Virus record (IMG/VR): IMGVR_UViG_3300000976_000009
Location: 205,151-269,150 of that record
Reading direction: 5' to 3' (one strand)
Source: a virus
Length of the DNA stretch: 64,000 nt
Part shown: in pieces, positions 18,982-29,731 of the stretch
How positions within the stretch are numbered: position 1 is the stretch's first letter
Layout: each line of letters begins with the position of its first letter
The notes under the pieces: generated by a model
What the model saw: only the letters and a program-made list of their open reading frames with translations
What the model was told of the DNA's origin: nothing
Databases searched by the model: none
Translations under genes and position numbers: made by a program

Positions 18982-19517
18982 GTGTAAAATTAAGTGATAT
19001 TATTATTATTGTAGCCGCTTCAACCAATAATGTAATTGGAAAAGATGGCGACCTACCTTGGAATTTACCAAGTGACCTTAAAATGTTTAAGGAAGTTACT
19101 ACAGACCATGTGGTTGTAATGGGTAGAAAGTGTTGGGAATCAATTCCAGAAAAATATAGACCATTACCTAATAGAACTAATATAGTTTTAAGTAGAAATC
19201 CAGATTATAAGGCTGATGGGGCTGAGGTTAGGTCTGATTTACAAAATTCTTTAGAAGAATTTATGTATGATGGTAAAGATATTTTTGTTATTGGTGGTGC
19301 TGAAATATATAAAGAAGCCTTTCAATACGCAAATAAACTCTATATGACTAGAGTTGTTGCAGAAATAGAGGGTGACACATATCTAGAGGGATTAGTTGGT
19401 TCTGATTGGCATTTAGTCGAATTTGAAGGACCATTTAATGAGGATGAATTAGATTTTAGATTTGAGAAATACAGAAGAAATGAAGGAAATAGTAAAACAA
19501 ATAATAGCGAAGGATAA
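18978..19517 (+). CDS. folA: dihydrofolate reductase
   Basis: VIGKDGDLPW, MGRK, RPLPNR, IGGAEIY, GDTY. Confidence 0.97.
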   Translation: MSVKLSDIIIIVAASTNNVIGKDGDLPWNLPSDLKMFKEVTTDHVVVMGRKCWESIPEKYRPLPNRTNIVLSRNPDYKADGAEVRSDLQNSLEEFMYDGKDIFVIGGAEIYKEAFQYANKLYMTRVVAEIEGDTYLEGLVGSDWHLVEFEGPFNEDELDFRFEKYRRNEGNSKTNNSEG

Positions 19518-19670
19518 AGCAAGTGCCGTTATTCATTCATGTGAAAATTGTTTTCATTATGAAGTGGCTGAAAATTATATTAATAGATATAGAATTGTTT
19601 TCAATGATTTACTTGGTTGGACTGAATTGAAGGGAGAACTTAAGAAGGTTAGATTAAAAAATTTAGGTGT

Positions 19671-20243
19671 ATGAAAATTGGTGTAATTGGTAGTAGAAGT
19701 TATGATGACTATGAAGAACTAAAAAAAGTTCTTGATTCATTTGATAACATCACATTAATTATATCTGGTGGTGCTAATGGTGCTGATAAATTAGGTGAAA
19801 AATATGCTGATGATAATAATATTGAAAAACTAATTCACTATCCAGATTGGGATGAACATGGTAAAATGGCTGGTTTTGTTAGAAATACAGATATTGTTAA
19901 TGATTCAGATATGGTTGTAGCATTTTGGGATGGTAAATCAAGAGGTACTAAAGATTCAATAACAAAAGCATTTAAGGGTCATACCCCAATATTAACGATA
20001 CATTTTAAACCAATTGATTATGGTGAATGGTGGAATTCATTCAAAGACCATAATGAAAGGGTTGATTTTATAGAAAGTAAGTGGAAAGAATATAGGGATA
20101 TGGGTTATGAAGTTAGTCATTTTAGAAGTGCTTCTTCTATAGGTTGGGCTAGTGGTCATCATATCACAAATAAAGGTTTATATCATGAATTAATGACTAT
20201 ACATACAATGGATAAATGGATTAAAAATCAAAAAAATGAGTAG
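19671..20243 (+). CDS. SLOG-family (YspA/DUF2493-like) protein
   Basis: GSR, SGGANGAD, AGFVRN, FWDGKSRGT. Confidence 0.85.
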   Translation: MKIGVIGSRSYDDYEELKKVLDSFDNITLIISGGANGADKLGEKYADDNNIEKLIHYPDWDEHGKMAGFVRNTDIVNDSDMVVAFWDGKSRGTKDSITKAFKGHTPILTIHFKPIDYGEWWNSFKDHNERVDFIESKWKEYRDMGYEVSHFRSASSIGWASGHHITNKGLYHELMTIHTMDKWIKNQKNE

Positions 20244-20720
20244 ATATTACGTTGAGATTAGTCGAGAAAGTAAAGATGGGTATTATGAATTTTCACATTC
20301 ATTACCAATATCGGAAGAAGAAATGCCATATAGTTTAAAAAGAGGGGTAAACTCAAATGGTTGGTGGGTATTAGGTTATAATGATTATATTGGAACATTA
20401 TTATTTGGCTCAGATACTACTTTAAGTGAAGAACAAATGGTGGGAAGAAAAAATATTATGAAAGAACCTAGGTTTGGTGTTAAATATGATATTATGAAAT
20501 TTATCGATACGGAACAATATAAAAGTGATATTAAAATGAGAGAAGATATTAAATACAAGAAAGGTGTTACTTACGAAGGTCTTGGTAAGTATATTGGTGT
20601 GGTAACAGTTTATCCTTGGGGTGTTAATTACAAATATACTGAACATCAGTTTACTGAGGGTATTATTGATAATATTAAGGTTGCAAAAATTAATAAAATA
20701 TTCATTGAAAAATTACCAAA

Positions 20721-21026
20721 ATGAATAGAATAATTGAACGAGAAAAATATTGGTTAATTGAAGTACATCAAAATGGTGTGAAGAAAGCTAAGGCTTACGT
20801 TTGGAAAAATAAGGGTTTGATATCAAACCTATATGTTCGTAAAGAATATAGGGGAGACCCAATGGTTTTAAATGATTTATGGTTAGGTATTTCAAGTTTC
20901 CAAGATTTAGGTTTATATGGGTATGCATCACCCAAAGGTAGATTAGAAAAACGTGAAGCCTTGAAACGATTATATCGAAGATATGGTTTTAAAAATATAA
21001 AGGGAAATAAATTAGTAAAAATATGA
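20721..21026 (+). CDS. small GNAT-like protein
   Basis: LYVRKEYRG, LYRRYGF. Confidence 0.5.
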   Translation: MNRIIEREKYWLIEVHQNGVKKAKAYVWKNKGLISNLYVRKEYRGDPMVLNDLWLGISSFQDLGLYGYASPKGRLEKREALKRLYRRYGFKNIKGNKLVKI

Positions 21027-21589
21027 GTGAAAGAAAAACAATTGTTGTGAATCTGTTCGGAGGACCAGGTTCTGGAAAATCAACACAAGCATTAGGTGTT
21101 ACATACAAATTAAAATTAAATGGTGTTAATTGTGAATATGCTAATGAAATTGCTAAAGATTTAATGTGGCGTGAAGATTATGGGTCACTTAAAGACCAAA
21201 TTAAAATTTTTGGAAAACAAAATGGTAAAATATTTGACCTTAAAAATAAGGTTGATGTTATTATTACAGATAGTCCAGCAGTTATGGGGTTATTATATTG
21301 TGATAATAATGAAGTATCTGTTAAAGAATTGAAATCTTTGGCTATTGCTGAATTTAATAGAGATGATATTATTAATGTTAACATAATGTTGACCAGAGAT
21401 GAAAGTAGAGAGTATGACCCAAATGGGCGTTCACAAACAGAAGATGAAGCGAAACAAAAAGATAGAGATGTTCGTTCATTACTTTCTGACCTTGGGATTA
21501 GGGTTAGACATTTTGTTGGTCAAGAGGCAACAGTCGATTTTATTTATACCGATATAATGAAAAAGTTAGATAAAATTTTGGCAGATTAA
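21023..21589 (+). CDS. P-loop NTPase/kinase (NadR/AAA_28-like)
   Basis: GGPGSGKST, IITDSP, YDPNGRSQ. Confidence 0.8.
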   Translation: MSERKTIVVNLFGGPGSGKSTQALGVTYKLKLNGVNCEYANEIAKDLMWREDYGSLKDQIKIFGKQNGKIFDLKNKVDVIITDSPAVMGLLYCDNNEVSVKELKSLAIAEFNRDDIINVNIMLTRDESREYDPNGRSQTEDEAKQKDRDVRSLLSDLGIRVRHFVGQEATVDFIYTDIMKKLDKILAD

Positions 21590-21649
21590 TTTATTATTCT
21601 TATATTTGTACAGCCTTGACATTTACGTAGTTTTTACTACATTAATGCT

Positions 21650-22078
21650 ATGGCAAAGAGAGTAAGGAAAAAAACAAATAAAGAGGATGCACCAACTAAG
21701 AAGACGACAACCACGAGGAAGAAATCCCCACCAAAAGCTAAGGTAACTACGACTAAAAAGAAAACAATTGTTAAAAAGTCAATAACTAAAAAGGCTCCAG
21801 TTAGGAAAACTAAAGCAGAACCTAAAAAGCCAACTCCAACGAAAAAGGCACCAAGTAAAAAAGGTCCAGTTTCAAAGGACATACCAAAGCCAACAACAAC
21901 TAGACGTAAACCACTTAGAAATAAAAAATCTGAAAAAAAGTTCATTAGATTGAGGTCTGATGCTGGGTCAGATAAATTTAATGAAATGGGTCAACGTCTT
22001 CAAAGAGGTGAAGTCACTTGGGCTTACTATGCTGTCGATGGTAATTTCCATTACCATTATTATTTGATAAAGAATTAA
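21650..22078 (+). CDS. histone H1-like Lys/Thr/Pro-rich protein
   Basis: low-complexity basic N-terminus of about 95 aa. Confidence 0.5.
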   Translation: MAKRVRKKTNKEDAPTKKTTTTRKKSPPKAKVTTTKKKTIVKKSITKKAPVRKTKAEPKKPTPTKKAPSKKGPVSKDIPKPTTTRRKPLRNKKSEKKFIRLRSDAGSDKFNEMGQRLQRGEVTWAYYAVDGNFHYHYYLIKN

Positions 22079-22079
22079 A

Positions 22080-22583
22080 ATGATTAGAGAATTAAAAGCA
22101 TTAATAAAATCAGACGAATTTAAGACTTGGTTATCTAATCCCCAGTTGTGGGAGACATTAGATATTGATTATCACCCACCAAGGGTAGAAAGAGTCTGGA
22201 TGCCTTTTGATGATAAAAGAGTATCACTACATGTGATTCACCCATGTCATAAAGATGATGCATTGTTACATCTACACCCTTGGGAATCAGCAGTATATAT
22301 TTTACCAATTGGTGGAAGATATGAACATGGTGTGGGATATATTATGGGTAATAAAGTAAATATTGTTTGTACACAAGAATTTAGAGGTGATGTTTACTAT
22401 GAGATGCTTAACGAGAATGGAGCTCATTACGTTAGACCTTATGGTTTGCCAGTCTTCACGGTAATGATATCGGGTCCCAAAATTTGGGAGAACAATGGAA
22501 CTAAAGTTGATAAGAAGTTAGAACCATTAAGTGAAGAAAGAAAGATAGAAATTTTAGAAACATTTAAACACTATTTCGAATGA
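22080..22583 (+). CDS. cupin-fold protein
   Basis: HLHPW...HYV metal-binding pattern. Confidence 0.5.
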   Translation: MIRELKALIKSDEFKTWLSNPQLWETLDIDYHPPRVERVWMPFDDKRVSLHVIHPCHKDDALLHLHPWESAVYILPIGGRYEHGVGYIMGNKVNIVCTQEFRGDVYYEMLNENGAHYVRPYGLPVFTVMISGPKIWENNGTKVDKKLEPLSEERKIEILETFKHYFE

Positions 22584-22990
22584 AATTAATTGAAAAAATT
22601 AATGCAGATTTTATTACTGCATTTAAAGCTAGTAAAGGAAACGAAGCTAAAAAATTAGAGAAAGATTTTTTAGGTCTTTTAAAGAGTGAATTCACAAAGG
22701 AGTCTAAAGACCCAGAAGATGTATTTATTGTAAGTAAGATTAAAGCTATGATTAAGAATGCGGCTGCAACTAATAGTCTGACTGATGCAGAATTAAATAT
22801 ACTTAATGGTTACTTACCAACACAGTTGACTGAGGAACAATTAATTAATATTTTGACTAATGAAGCCAAAGATAAGGGTTATAAGATGATGGGTGACATG
22901 GGTAAAATGATGTCATTTCTTAAAAACAATTATGGTGGTCAATATGATGGAAAAATGGCTTCAACACTTGTTAGAACATTACTTAAATAA
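22580..22990 (+). CDS. GatB/YqeY domain protein
   Basis: YLPTQLTEEQL, DMGKMM, YGGQYDGK. Confidence 0.88.
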   Translation: MKLIEKINADFITAFKASKGNEAKKLEKDFLGLLKSEFTKESKDPEDVFIVSKIKAMIKNAAATNSLTDAELNILNGYLPTQLTEEQLINILTNEAKDKGYKMMGDMGKMMSFLKNNYGGQYDGKMASTLVRTLLK

Positions 22991-23422
22991 TGCTGTACCA
23001 TTTAGTTGCAATATTGGTGATACATTATCTTGGTGATACATTATCTAGGTGACTTCATTTTCCAAACTAGGACTATGGGTCTTAGAAAAGGTAAGAGTAT
23101 AATGTGGTTAAGTATGCATGTTGGTGTATACTTAATTGCATTACTTATTTTCGGTATTACATTTGGTAGTTATGTCGTTGATGATGGTAATTTAATGCCA
23201 GTAGTTGAATGGTGTTTATTAAATGCTGTTATTCATTGGATAACTGATTTTTTAACTAGTAGAGCTAGTGGGTTCTGTTATTTAAAGATGACAAAAGCGG
23301 AAGCTGATGGTAATGAAAAGAAGAAGCACTTATGGCAATACCATTTTTGGTCAGTGATAGGTTTTGACCAACTTTTACATGCTTCAACATTGTTAATAAC
23401 TTATTATTATTTCTTTGTATGA
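22990..23422 (+). pseudogene. DUF3307 membrane protein frameshifted by a 16-nt tandem duplication
   Basis: HYLGDFIFQ, HWITD, GFDQLLH; ttggtgatacattatc repeated at 23014-23045. Confidence 0.65.
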
Positions 23423-23622
23423 TATACGTAATTTTATTTTTTGCACACATATACATGACTTTCAAATTATTAGATGCTTGTGAACAAAAAGGTGAGAAAG
23501 AATTCATAAAAAAATACAAAATAGTATTGTGGATTCCAATTATAAATTATATATTTGCATTAACATTAGAGACAAGGGCTTGGCTTAAGTCTTATATTAA
23601 AAATTTCAAAACACTTTAATAA

Positions 23623-24225
23623 ATGGAGAAAAATAGAATCCAGAAAAAGCTAGATGAGCTTTTTGAGAACCCAAAATCAAAAAATTTCTTAAATCACTTA
23701 ATCAGAGCTTATTTACCAATTGGTAAAGCCGTTAAAGTTTGGGATAAGCCAGAGAAGAAATTCAGATGTGTGTTAACTAATGCACCATTAATTAGTATTG
23801 GCGAAGCCCTTGATGGTATGCAAACCGAAGAATTCAAAGCTGATTTCCATACACACCTTAAAGCTTGGGTAAATGGTAATCAAGAGGTTCAATCTCCAAT
23901 GGTTAAAATGTTAAATGGTAAAGTTTTAGGTTTTACTGGTGATGATACTACGACATATATGTCTCAAGAAGCATATCAAGAATTTTATAATTGGGTGGTA
24001 TCTAAAATGTTATCTGGTGATAAACATATCAATTGGTTAATTAATTCAATGCAAAAAGACCAATTTGTTAAAAGAGCTGAATCAGTAGCTAGTGATGATG
24101 TACAAAAGAAGGCATTAAAGGCAATCAAAAAAAGTATTAAAAATCATAAGAGAGCAACAACTACATTGGGTGACTTAGGTGTCCTTCAAGAATTGAAAGC
24201 GAAGCTTGAATCAAACGGAGAATAA
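23623..24225 (+). CDS. hypothetical protein
   Basis: 200-aa ORF collinear with its neighbours. Confidence 0.6.
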   Translation: MEKNRIQKKLDELFENPKSKNFLNHLIRAYLPIGKAVKVWDKPEKKFRCVLTNAPLISIGEALDGMQTEEFKADFHTHLKAWVNGNQEVQSPMVKMLNGKVLGFTGDDTTTYMSQEAYQEFYNWVVSKMLSGDKHINWLINSMQKDQFVKRAESVASDDVQKKALKAIKKSIKNHKRATTTLGDLGVLQELKAKLESNGE

Positions 24226-24605
24226 TGGGTTACTCAATTGGGAATATTGTGTATGGTATATCACCAAATATAGAAATGCGTGAACTTATTGATAAACATG
24301 AGTTAGTTGATTTTGATGGGTTTACCACATATTATTCTGGTCATAACCCAACACCCATTATGATTGGTTCATTTATTAAAAGCATTAATGAATGTAATGA
24401 TGTGGATTTAACCATATTATTGGTTTAATTAAATGATAATAAATTAGAACATATTAATGAATTCAAAACCCAAAGAAAGTTAGCCATAGAATCATTAATC
24501 GATGCATCTGATGCATATGGTATTGATGAATCAATTATAAGTGAAATAACTGATTGGATTAATAACACACAACCAAGCTTTAAAATTGTTTGGTCAACAT
24601 CATAA
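24225..24605 (+). pseudogene. hypothetical gene with one in-frame TAA (24426-24428)
   Basis: frame stays open for 58 codons after the stop and ends 3 nt before the next ATG. Confidence 0.55.
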
Positions 24606-24608
24606 ATT

Positions 24609-26558
24609 ATGAGTAAAAAAAACAAATTAGATTTAGTAACAATTGAAAAAAGAGAGGCTAAACTTGAAGAAGCAAGGAAATCACTTAAATCACAATTTAT
24701 TGGTATTGATGAAATTATAGATAAGTTTATTGATAGTGTTAAACTTTGGTATGTTATACCAGAGATTCAATCTAGACCATTAATAATTAATCTTTGGGGT
24801 ATTACAGGTGTTGGTAAAACAGACCTAGTTAGAAAATTTATCAAAGCTATTGAGTTTACTGATAAATTTACTGAGATTCAAATGGATTCTAAAGATGGTT
24901 CTGCGACTATTGAGGATTATTTAGAAAATACTTTTGAATCAGCTGAAACACAAGGGGTTTTATTATTAGATGAAATCCAAAGATTTAGAACAATTAAAGA
25001 TGATGGTTCTGAGAATTCATCATCTAAGTTTCAAGATTTATGGATGTTATTATCAGATGGGACATTCCAATCTAATTCTAAAATTAAACAAGAATTATTA
25101 AGAATGATTCTTGAAGAAGATTATTGGTCTGAAAGAGGTGAGGATGAAGATGATGAAGATGGGATTGAAGTAAGTAATGGAAAAGCTGAAAGTAGTAAGA
25201 AGAATAAACCTAGTAAGTTGAAATATATGACTTCTTATTGGGAAGCTTCAAGAATGAAAAAATTACTCAAGCTTACCGAACCTATGTCAGAAATCATGAA
25301 ATGGGATAAGCTAAAAAAAATGGAGCTTATTAAAAATAGATTAAGTAGTAATGAAACTTATGAAGGTAAGAAGTATACAAAACTACTAATAATTATTTCT
25401 GGTAATTTAGATGAGGCATTCAGAATGGCTGATAATGTAAATGATGCTGATAGAGATGCTGATGTATATCATGAATACTCTAAATCAATTGATATTATAA
25501 AAATTAAAGGTGCTTTAAGGTATAGGTTTAAACCAGAACAAATTGCTAGGTTAGGTAACATGCATATGATTTACCCAATACCAAGTAAAGCAGCTTACTA
25601 TGGTATTATTGAGCAAAAAGTTAATAATATTATTGCGACAGTTAAAAATAATAATGGAATCAACATTACTGTAGACCAATCAGTATTAGATGTAATTTAT
25701 AATAATGGTGTATTCCCAACACAAGGGGTTAGACCAGTTTTAAGTACTGTTTCATCAATAATTGAGAACTCATTACCTAAATTTTTATTCGAAATGCTTA
25801 AAGCTGAGGTGAACCAAACAATTGCATTATCATATAAAGATGGTAATATTACCTCTAAAATAGGTGAAAAAATTGTGAAGTATCCAATTCCTACAGTATT
25901 AGATGATATTAAGGATAAACAAAGTGATGATAATAAAGCATTAGTGGCAGTACATGAAGCTGGACACGCAATTTTATATGCATTATTATTTGAAACAGTA
26001 CCTACTCAAATAGTTGCAACAACATCTGATGAAGATACTGGTGGATTTGTTGGGACACACCCAACAATTGGTGCTAAAAATCAAATACTTAATGATGCAG
26101 TAGTATCATTGGGTGGTAGAGTTGCTGAGGAAGAAATTTTCGGTAAAGAATATATATCAAATGGTGCATCAAGTGATTTATCACATGTTACTGGTCGTAT
26201 ATCACATTATGTTAGGAGTTGGGCTTTAGATATGCATGATGGTTCAAAAATTGGTGTTGCCGTACCACCAGCCATTAATAAGGGTAGTTTTTTATTTAGA
26301 ATTGAAGAAACTGATGACAGAATAGAAGAAATTTTAAGAAAACAGTATAATAAGGCTCTTGAATTAATTAAAGAAAATATGGATTTCTTATTAGAGGTAG
26401 CCAATGAATTAATGCTTAAGTCAGCATTAACACAAGAAGAATTCCAAGTCATAGCTAAAAAACATATGGGTAAAACAATATCTATTGTCAATGCTGGTGA
26501 TACGGTTGATGTTGATTATAAAAATCGACTAGACAATAAATTAAAAAATAATAAATAA
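24609..26558 (+). CDS. soluble AAA+ ATPase fused to M41 (FtsH-type) metallopeptidase
   Basis: GITGVGKT, LLLDE, HEAGH, LGGRVAEE, GASSDL; no TM segment. Confidence 0.88.
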   Translation: MSKKNKLDLVTIEKREAKLEEARKSLKSQFIGIDEIIDKFIDSVKLWYVIPEIQSRPLIINLWGITGVGKTDLVRKFIKAIEFTDKFTEIQMDSKDGSATIEDYLENTFESAETQGVLLLDEIQRFRTIKDDGSENSSSKFQDLWMLLSDGTFQSNSKIKQELLRMILEEDYWSERGEDEDDEDGIEVSNGKAESSKKNKPSKLKYMTSYWEASRMKKLLKLTEPMSEIMKWDKLKKMELIKNRLSSNETYEGKKYTKLLIIISGNLDEAFRMADNVNDADRDADVYHEYSKSIDIIKIKGALRYRFKPEQIARLGNMHMIYPIPSKAAYYGIIEQKVNNIIATVKNNNGINITVDQSVLDVIYNNGVFPTQGVRPVLSTVSSIIENSLPKFLFEMLKAEVNQTIALSYKDGNITSKIGEKIVKYPIPTVLDDIKDKQSDDNKALVAVHEAGHAILYALLFETVPTQIVATTSDEDTGGFVGTHPTIGAKNQILNDAVVSLGGRVAEEEIFGKEYISNGASSDLSHVTGRISHYVRSWALDMHDGSKIGVAVPPAINKGSFLFRIEETDDRIEEILRKQYNKALELIKENMDFLLEVANELMLKSALTQEEFQVIAKKHMGKTISIVNAGDTVDVDYKNRLDNKLKNNK

Positions 26559-26561
26559 ATT

Positions 26562-26589
26562 AAAAGGGAAAGTAAAATTTCCCTTTTTT
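26562..26589 (+). terminator. intrinsic terminator
   Basis: aaagggaaa/tttcccttt followed by a T run. Confidence 0.7.
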
Positions 26590-26640
26590 ATTTGGAATTG
26601 GTAAAAAGTTTTGTATCTTTGTAACAACAAATAGATTAAT

Positions 26641-27630
26641 ATGATAGAATCAACAATTGAATTAAAGATACCTAAAGTAGTCCAACCAGAAGATTATGAG
26701 ATAGGTGTTATTGTGGCTAGATTTCAAGTTCCAGAACTTCATTCAGCACATATAAAATTATTGGATACTGTTACTGGATACCATAAAAAAGTAATTGTCT
26801 TTTTAGGTATTCCACCAATAGATAGTTTAAACAAAAAGAACCCTCTTGATTTCGCTTCAAGAAAAGCAATGATTCAAGCAGATTACCCAACTGTTACTAT
26901 TCTCCCATTGAGAGACCAAAGAACAAATGGGTTATGGTCAGCAATTCTAGACCAAAAAATTAAAGAACCTTTTAGGAGCACTAGCGCACTACTTTATGGT
27001 GGTCGTGAGTCATTTATTCCTTATTATGAGGGTAAATACACCACAGTTGAATTAGTTAGTAATAGCTATGATATGAGTGGAACACAAATTAGAGATGCGG
27101 TTGCTAAAGAAGTACCAAATTCTATTGATTTTAGAAAAGGTGTAGTTCATGCTAGTTATGTTGGTTACCCAGCAATTTACCCATGTGTTGATATTATTTC
27201 TCATAATGAAAATGACAATACAATTTTATTGGGTAGGAAAGAAAATGAAGATAAATTTAGATTTGTAGGTGGTCATGTTGACCTAAGTGATGATACATTA
27301 GAGTCAGCAGCAATGAGAGAATTTCGTGAAGAAACTAGAGGTGCTGAGATTTCTGAATTAAAATATGTTGGTTCAGCTAAGATAAATGATTGGAGACACG
27401 ATAATGTGAACTCTGGGATTATTAGTACTCTATTTATAGGTAAACACCTTTGGGGTAAGGCTGAGGCTTCTGATGATATTATTGCTTGTGAGTGGTTCAA
27501 TATGGAAAAACTTATTGAGGGTGATAACTACAAGTCTGAGATTGTTTCTGAACACATTGAGTTGTTCGAGAAATTTATTGAATATTATAATACTAATATT
27601 AAAAAATTACAGAATGAACCAGAACACTAG
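26641..27630 (+). CDS. bifunctional NMN adenylyltransferase / Nudix ADP-ribose pyrophosphatase (NadM-Nudix, NatV-like)
   Basis: ARFQVPELHSAH, KNPL, SGTQIR, Nudix box GGHVD...AMREFREET. Confidence 0.9.
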   Translation: MIESTIELKIPKVVQPEDYEIGVIVARFQVPELHSAHIKLLDTVTGYHKKVIVFLGIPPIDSLNKKNPLDFASRKAMIQADYPTVTILPLRDQRTNGLWSAILDQKIKEPFRSTSALLYGGRESFIPYYEGKYTTVELVSNSYDMSGTQIRDAVAKEVPNSIDFRKGVVHASYVGYPAIYPCVDIISHNENDNTILLGRKENEDKFRFVGGHVDLSDDTLESAAMREFREETRGAEISELKYVGSAKINDWRHDNVNSGIISTLFIGKHLWGKAEASDDIIACEWFNMEKLIEGDNYKSEIVSEHIELFEKFIEYYNTNIKKLQNEPEH

Positions 27631-28003
27631 AATTGGATTAGATGACACATTGATGAGTTCAATGGTGAAATTGTCAGAAGGAAACCCAGGTGCTTTAAAT
27701 GTATTATTACAATTAAGTTCACAGAATGCTGAGATTGACCCACATGATTTTGCGGGTGCATTAGGGAGTATTTTGTCACTTGATTCACATGCAATTTATG
27801 GTCCACGTATTTGGATGCTTTTTAAAGATGTTTGTGGTGAGAATATAACAAAAGTGGTTGTATGTTTAAGAGCAGTACAACTAGGTTTTATTTCTGAGGA
27901 AAAATTAGCCCATGCTATTGATAATAGAGGTGCTGGAATTGATGTGAATGAATTGCACAATAAAGTTTGTGCACAATTAGATAATTTTAAAAAACCAAAT
28001 TAA
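27614..28003 (+). CDS. conserved phage protein of unknown function
   Basis: LSEGNPGAL, IYGPRIWML; start moved to the ATG at 27614. Confidence 0.55.
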   Translation: MNQNTRIGLDDTLMSSMVKLSEGNPGALNVLLQLSSQNAEIDPHDFAGALGSILSLDSHAIYGPRIWMLFKDVCGENITKVVVCLRAVQLGFISEEKLAHAIDNRGAGIDVNELHNKVCAQLDNFKKPN

Positions 28004-28006
28004 TAT

Positions 28007-29656
28007 ATGGAAACGAAAACAGAAAAACAAAAAGTAGTTTTACCAGCACGTAAAATTCACAAAACACCTAGATTACTTTTAGGTGATGCTTATACAATTG
28101 GGTCTGACAAATTTGAAAGTCCAGAAGCTAAAGAAAAGTCGGTTTATTACGTCACTTTTAGAAGAGAACTAAACAAGATTAACCCAATTATTTTCAATGA
28201 GGGAGATAATAGAATTGTATTTGTAGGTTTACAAAGAATTCTAGAAGAGTTATTCTATGAGCCAATTACTCATTCTGAGATTGATGAAACTAAACGTTTC
28301 TTAGCTAAAGCTAAAGTAACTACTCAAGGATTTCAAGAGTATGAATTCCCAGAAGAAAAATGGAGAAGAGTTGTTGATGAATTTAACGGAAGACCACCAA
28401 TTCAGATTAGAGCAGTTAAAGAAGGTTCGGTTGTTTACCCAAATGAACCAGCAATTGAAATTACCTCAGCAGTAGATGGTTTAGGTGTACTAGGTGCTTG
28501 GTTTGAGTCTAAAATATTACAAGTTTGGTCTAAGACTGAAAGGGTTACTCAAGATGAACATTTTTTGAATAGAATTAAGGAGAGAATTTTAAGAGTAGAC
28601 CCAGAAATGGATGAAACTAACCTTAATTTTTACGCCTCTATTATGATTACTGATTTTGGTGATAGAGCTGGAATGACTTCTCATGAGTCAGAAGAATTAG
28701 GTATGGTTCATTTGTATACATTTGGTGGAACAGACACTTTCTCTGGGGCATACCAAGCTTGGAAAAACGCTGGTGAAGTTGAGGGGGTTTTCTCTTCTGT
28801 AAATGCATTGGCGCACCGAAATGTTCAGTCTTTTGAAAAAGAATATGACTGTTACCAAGCTATTTATGATAGTTGTGGTGATAATGAAATAATTTCAATG
28901 GTTGATGATTGTTATGATGCAAAAAATGCAGTTAGAAACATGTTATTACCATTAGCTGTTAAAAGTAAGATTGAAGGGACAAATAAAGTTGTTGTGGCTA
29001 GACCAGATTCTTCTAAAGAAGGGTATACAACTAAAGACCAGATTCTAGAAATTTGTGATATTGCAGTTGAAGCTGGTTTGTATACTGAAATGACAACAAG
29101 TACTGGTACTTGGAAGTGTGGTACATTATTACATTTCCTAGATGGGGATGGTAAAAATTTTGAAGACATTTTAGATGAGATGGATTTTCTTATTGATAAT
29201 GGATATGCATTCTGGACTTGGGGATTGTTTGGTCAAGGTGGTGGATTACGTAATGATTTAAAACGTGATAACCTTTCAGCTAAGTACGCACTATCTGCGG
29301 TCGGTGCTGAGGACAAACCAGTTGTTAAGTTTAGTGAAAATTTAGGTAAAGGAACATTACCAGGACCCTTTAAATTATTAAGAGACCCACAAGCATTAGC
29401 AAATAAAACAACAATTGTCTTTAACCATGAATTAGGTGAGGATGTATTAGTTGAGTATTTTAATGGTGAAAACATTTACAAACCATTTGGTGAGGGTCAA
29501 GATGATAATTTTCTTGAGATTAGGACTAGGATTAAAGAACAAATGGCTACAATGCCATTAACTCTTAAAACTGTTGATAACCACAACTACCCAGCTAGTG
29601 GTGAAGTTCAAGAGACAAAGTTAGGGTTGTTACACAAATATGCTCCAAATAAATAA
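28007..29656 (+). CDS. nicotinamide phosphoribosyltransferase-like (NadV/NAMPT), divergent
   Basis: DFGDR, GTDT, RPDS, GGGL, RD...K motifs; adjacent to NadM-Nudix. Confidence 0.85.
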   Translation: METKTEKQKVVLPARKIHKTPRLLLGDAYTIGSDKFESPEAKEKSVYYVTFRRELNKINPIIFNEGDNRIVFVGLQRILEELFYEPITHSEIDETKRFLAKAKVTTQGFQEYEFPEEKWRRVVDEFNGRPPIQIRAVKEGSVVYPNEPAIEITSAVDGLGVLGAWFESKILQVWSKTERVTQDEHFLNRIKERILRVDPEMDETNLNFYASIMITDFGDRAGMTSHESEELGMVHLYTFGGTDTFSGAYQAWKNAGEVEGVFSSVNALAHRNVQSFEKEYDCYQAIYDSCGDNEIISMVDDCYDAKNAVRNMLLPLAVKSKIEGTNKVVVARPDSSKEGYTTKDQILEICDIAVEAGLYTEMTTSTGTWKCGTLLHFLDGDGKNFEDILDEMDFLIDNGYAFWTWGLFGQGGGLRNDLKRDNLSAKYALSAVGAEDKPVVKFSENLGKGTLPGPFKLLRDPQALANKTTIVFNHELGEDVLVEYFNGENIYKPFGEGQDDNFLEIRTRIKEQMATMPLTLKTVDNHNYPASGEVQETKLGLLHKYAPNK

Positions 29657-29683
29657 AAAAGCGACCTTCGGGTCGCTTTTTTT
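29655..29683 (+). terminator. intrinsic terminator, probably bidirectional
   Basis: aaaaaagcgacc-ttcg-ggtcgctttttt. Confidence 0.9.
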
Positions 29684-29731
29684 ATCATTATTAGTCTTGC
29701 TTTATCGAATATTTTTCCGTATATTTGCAGT

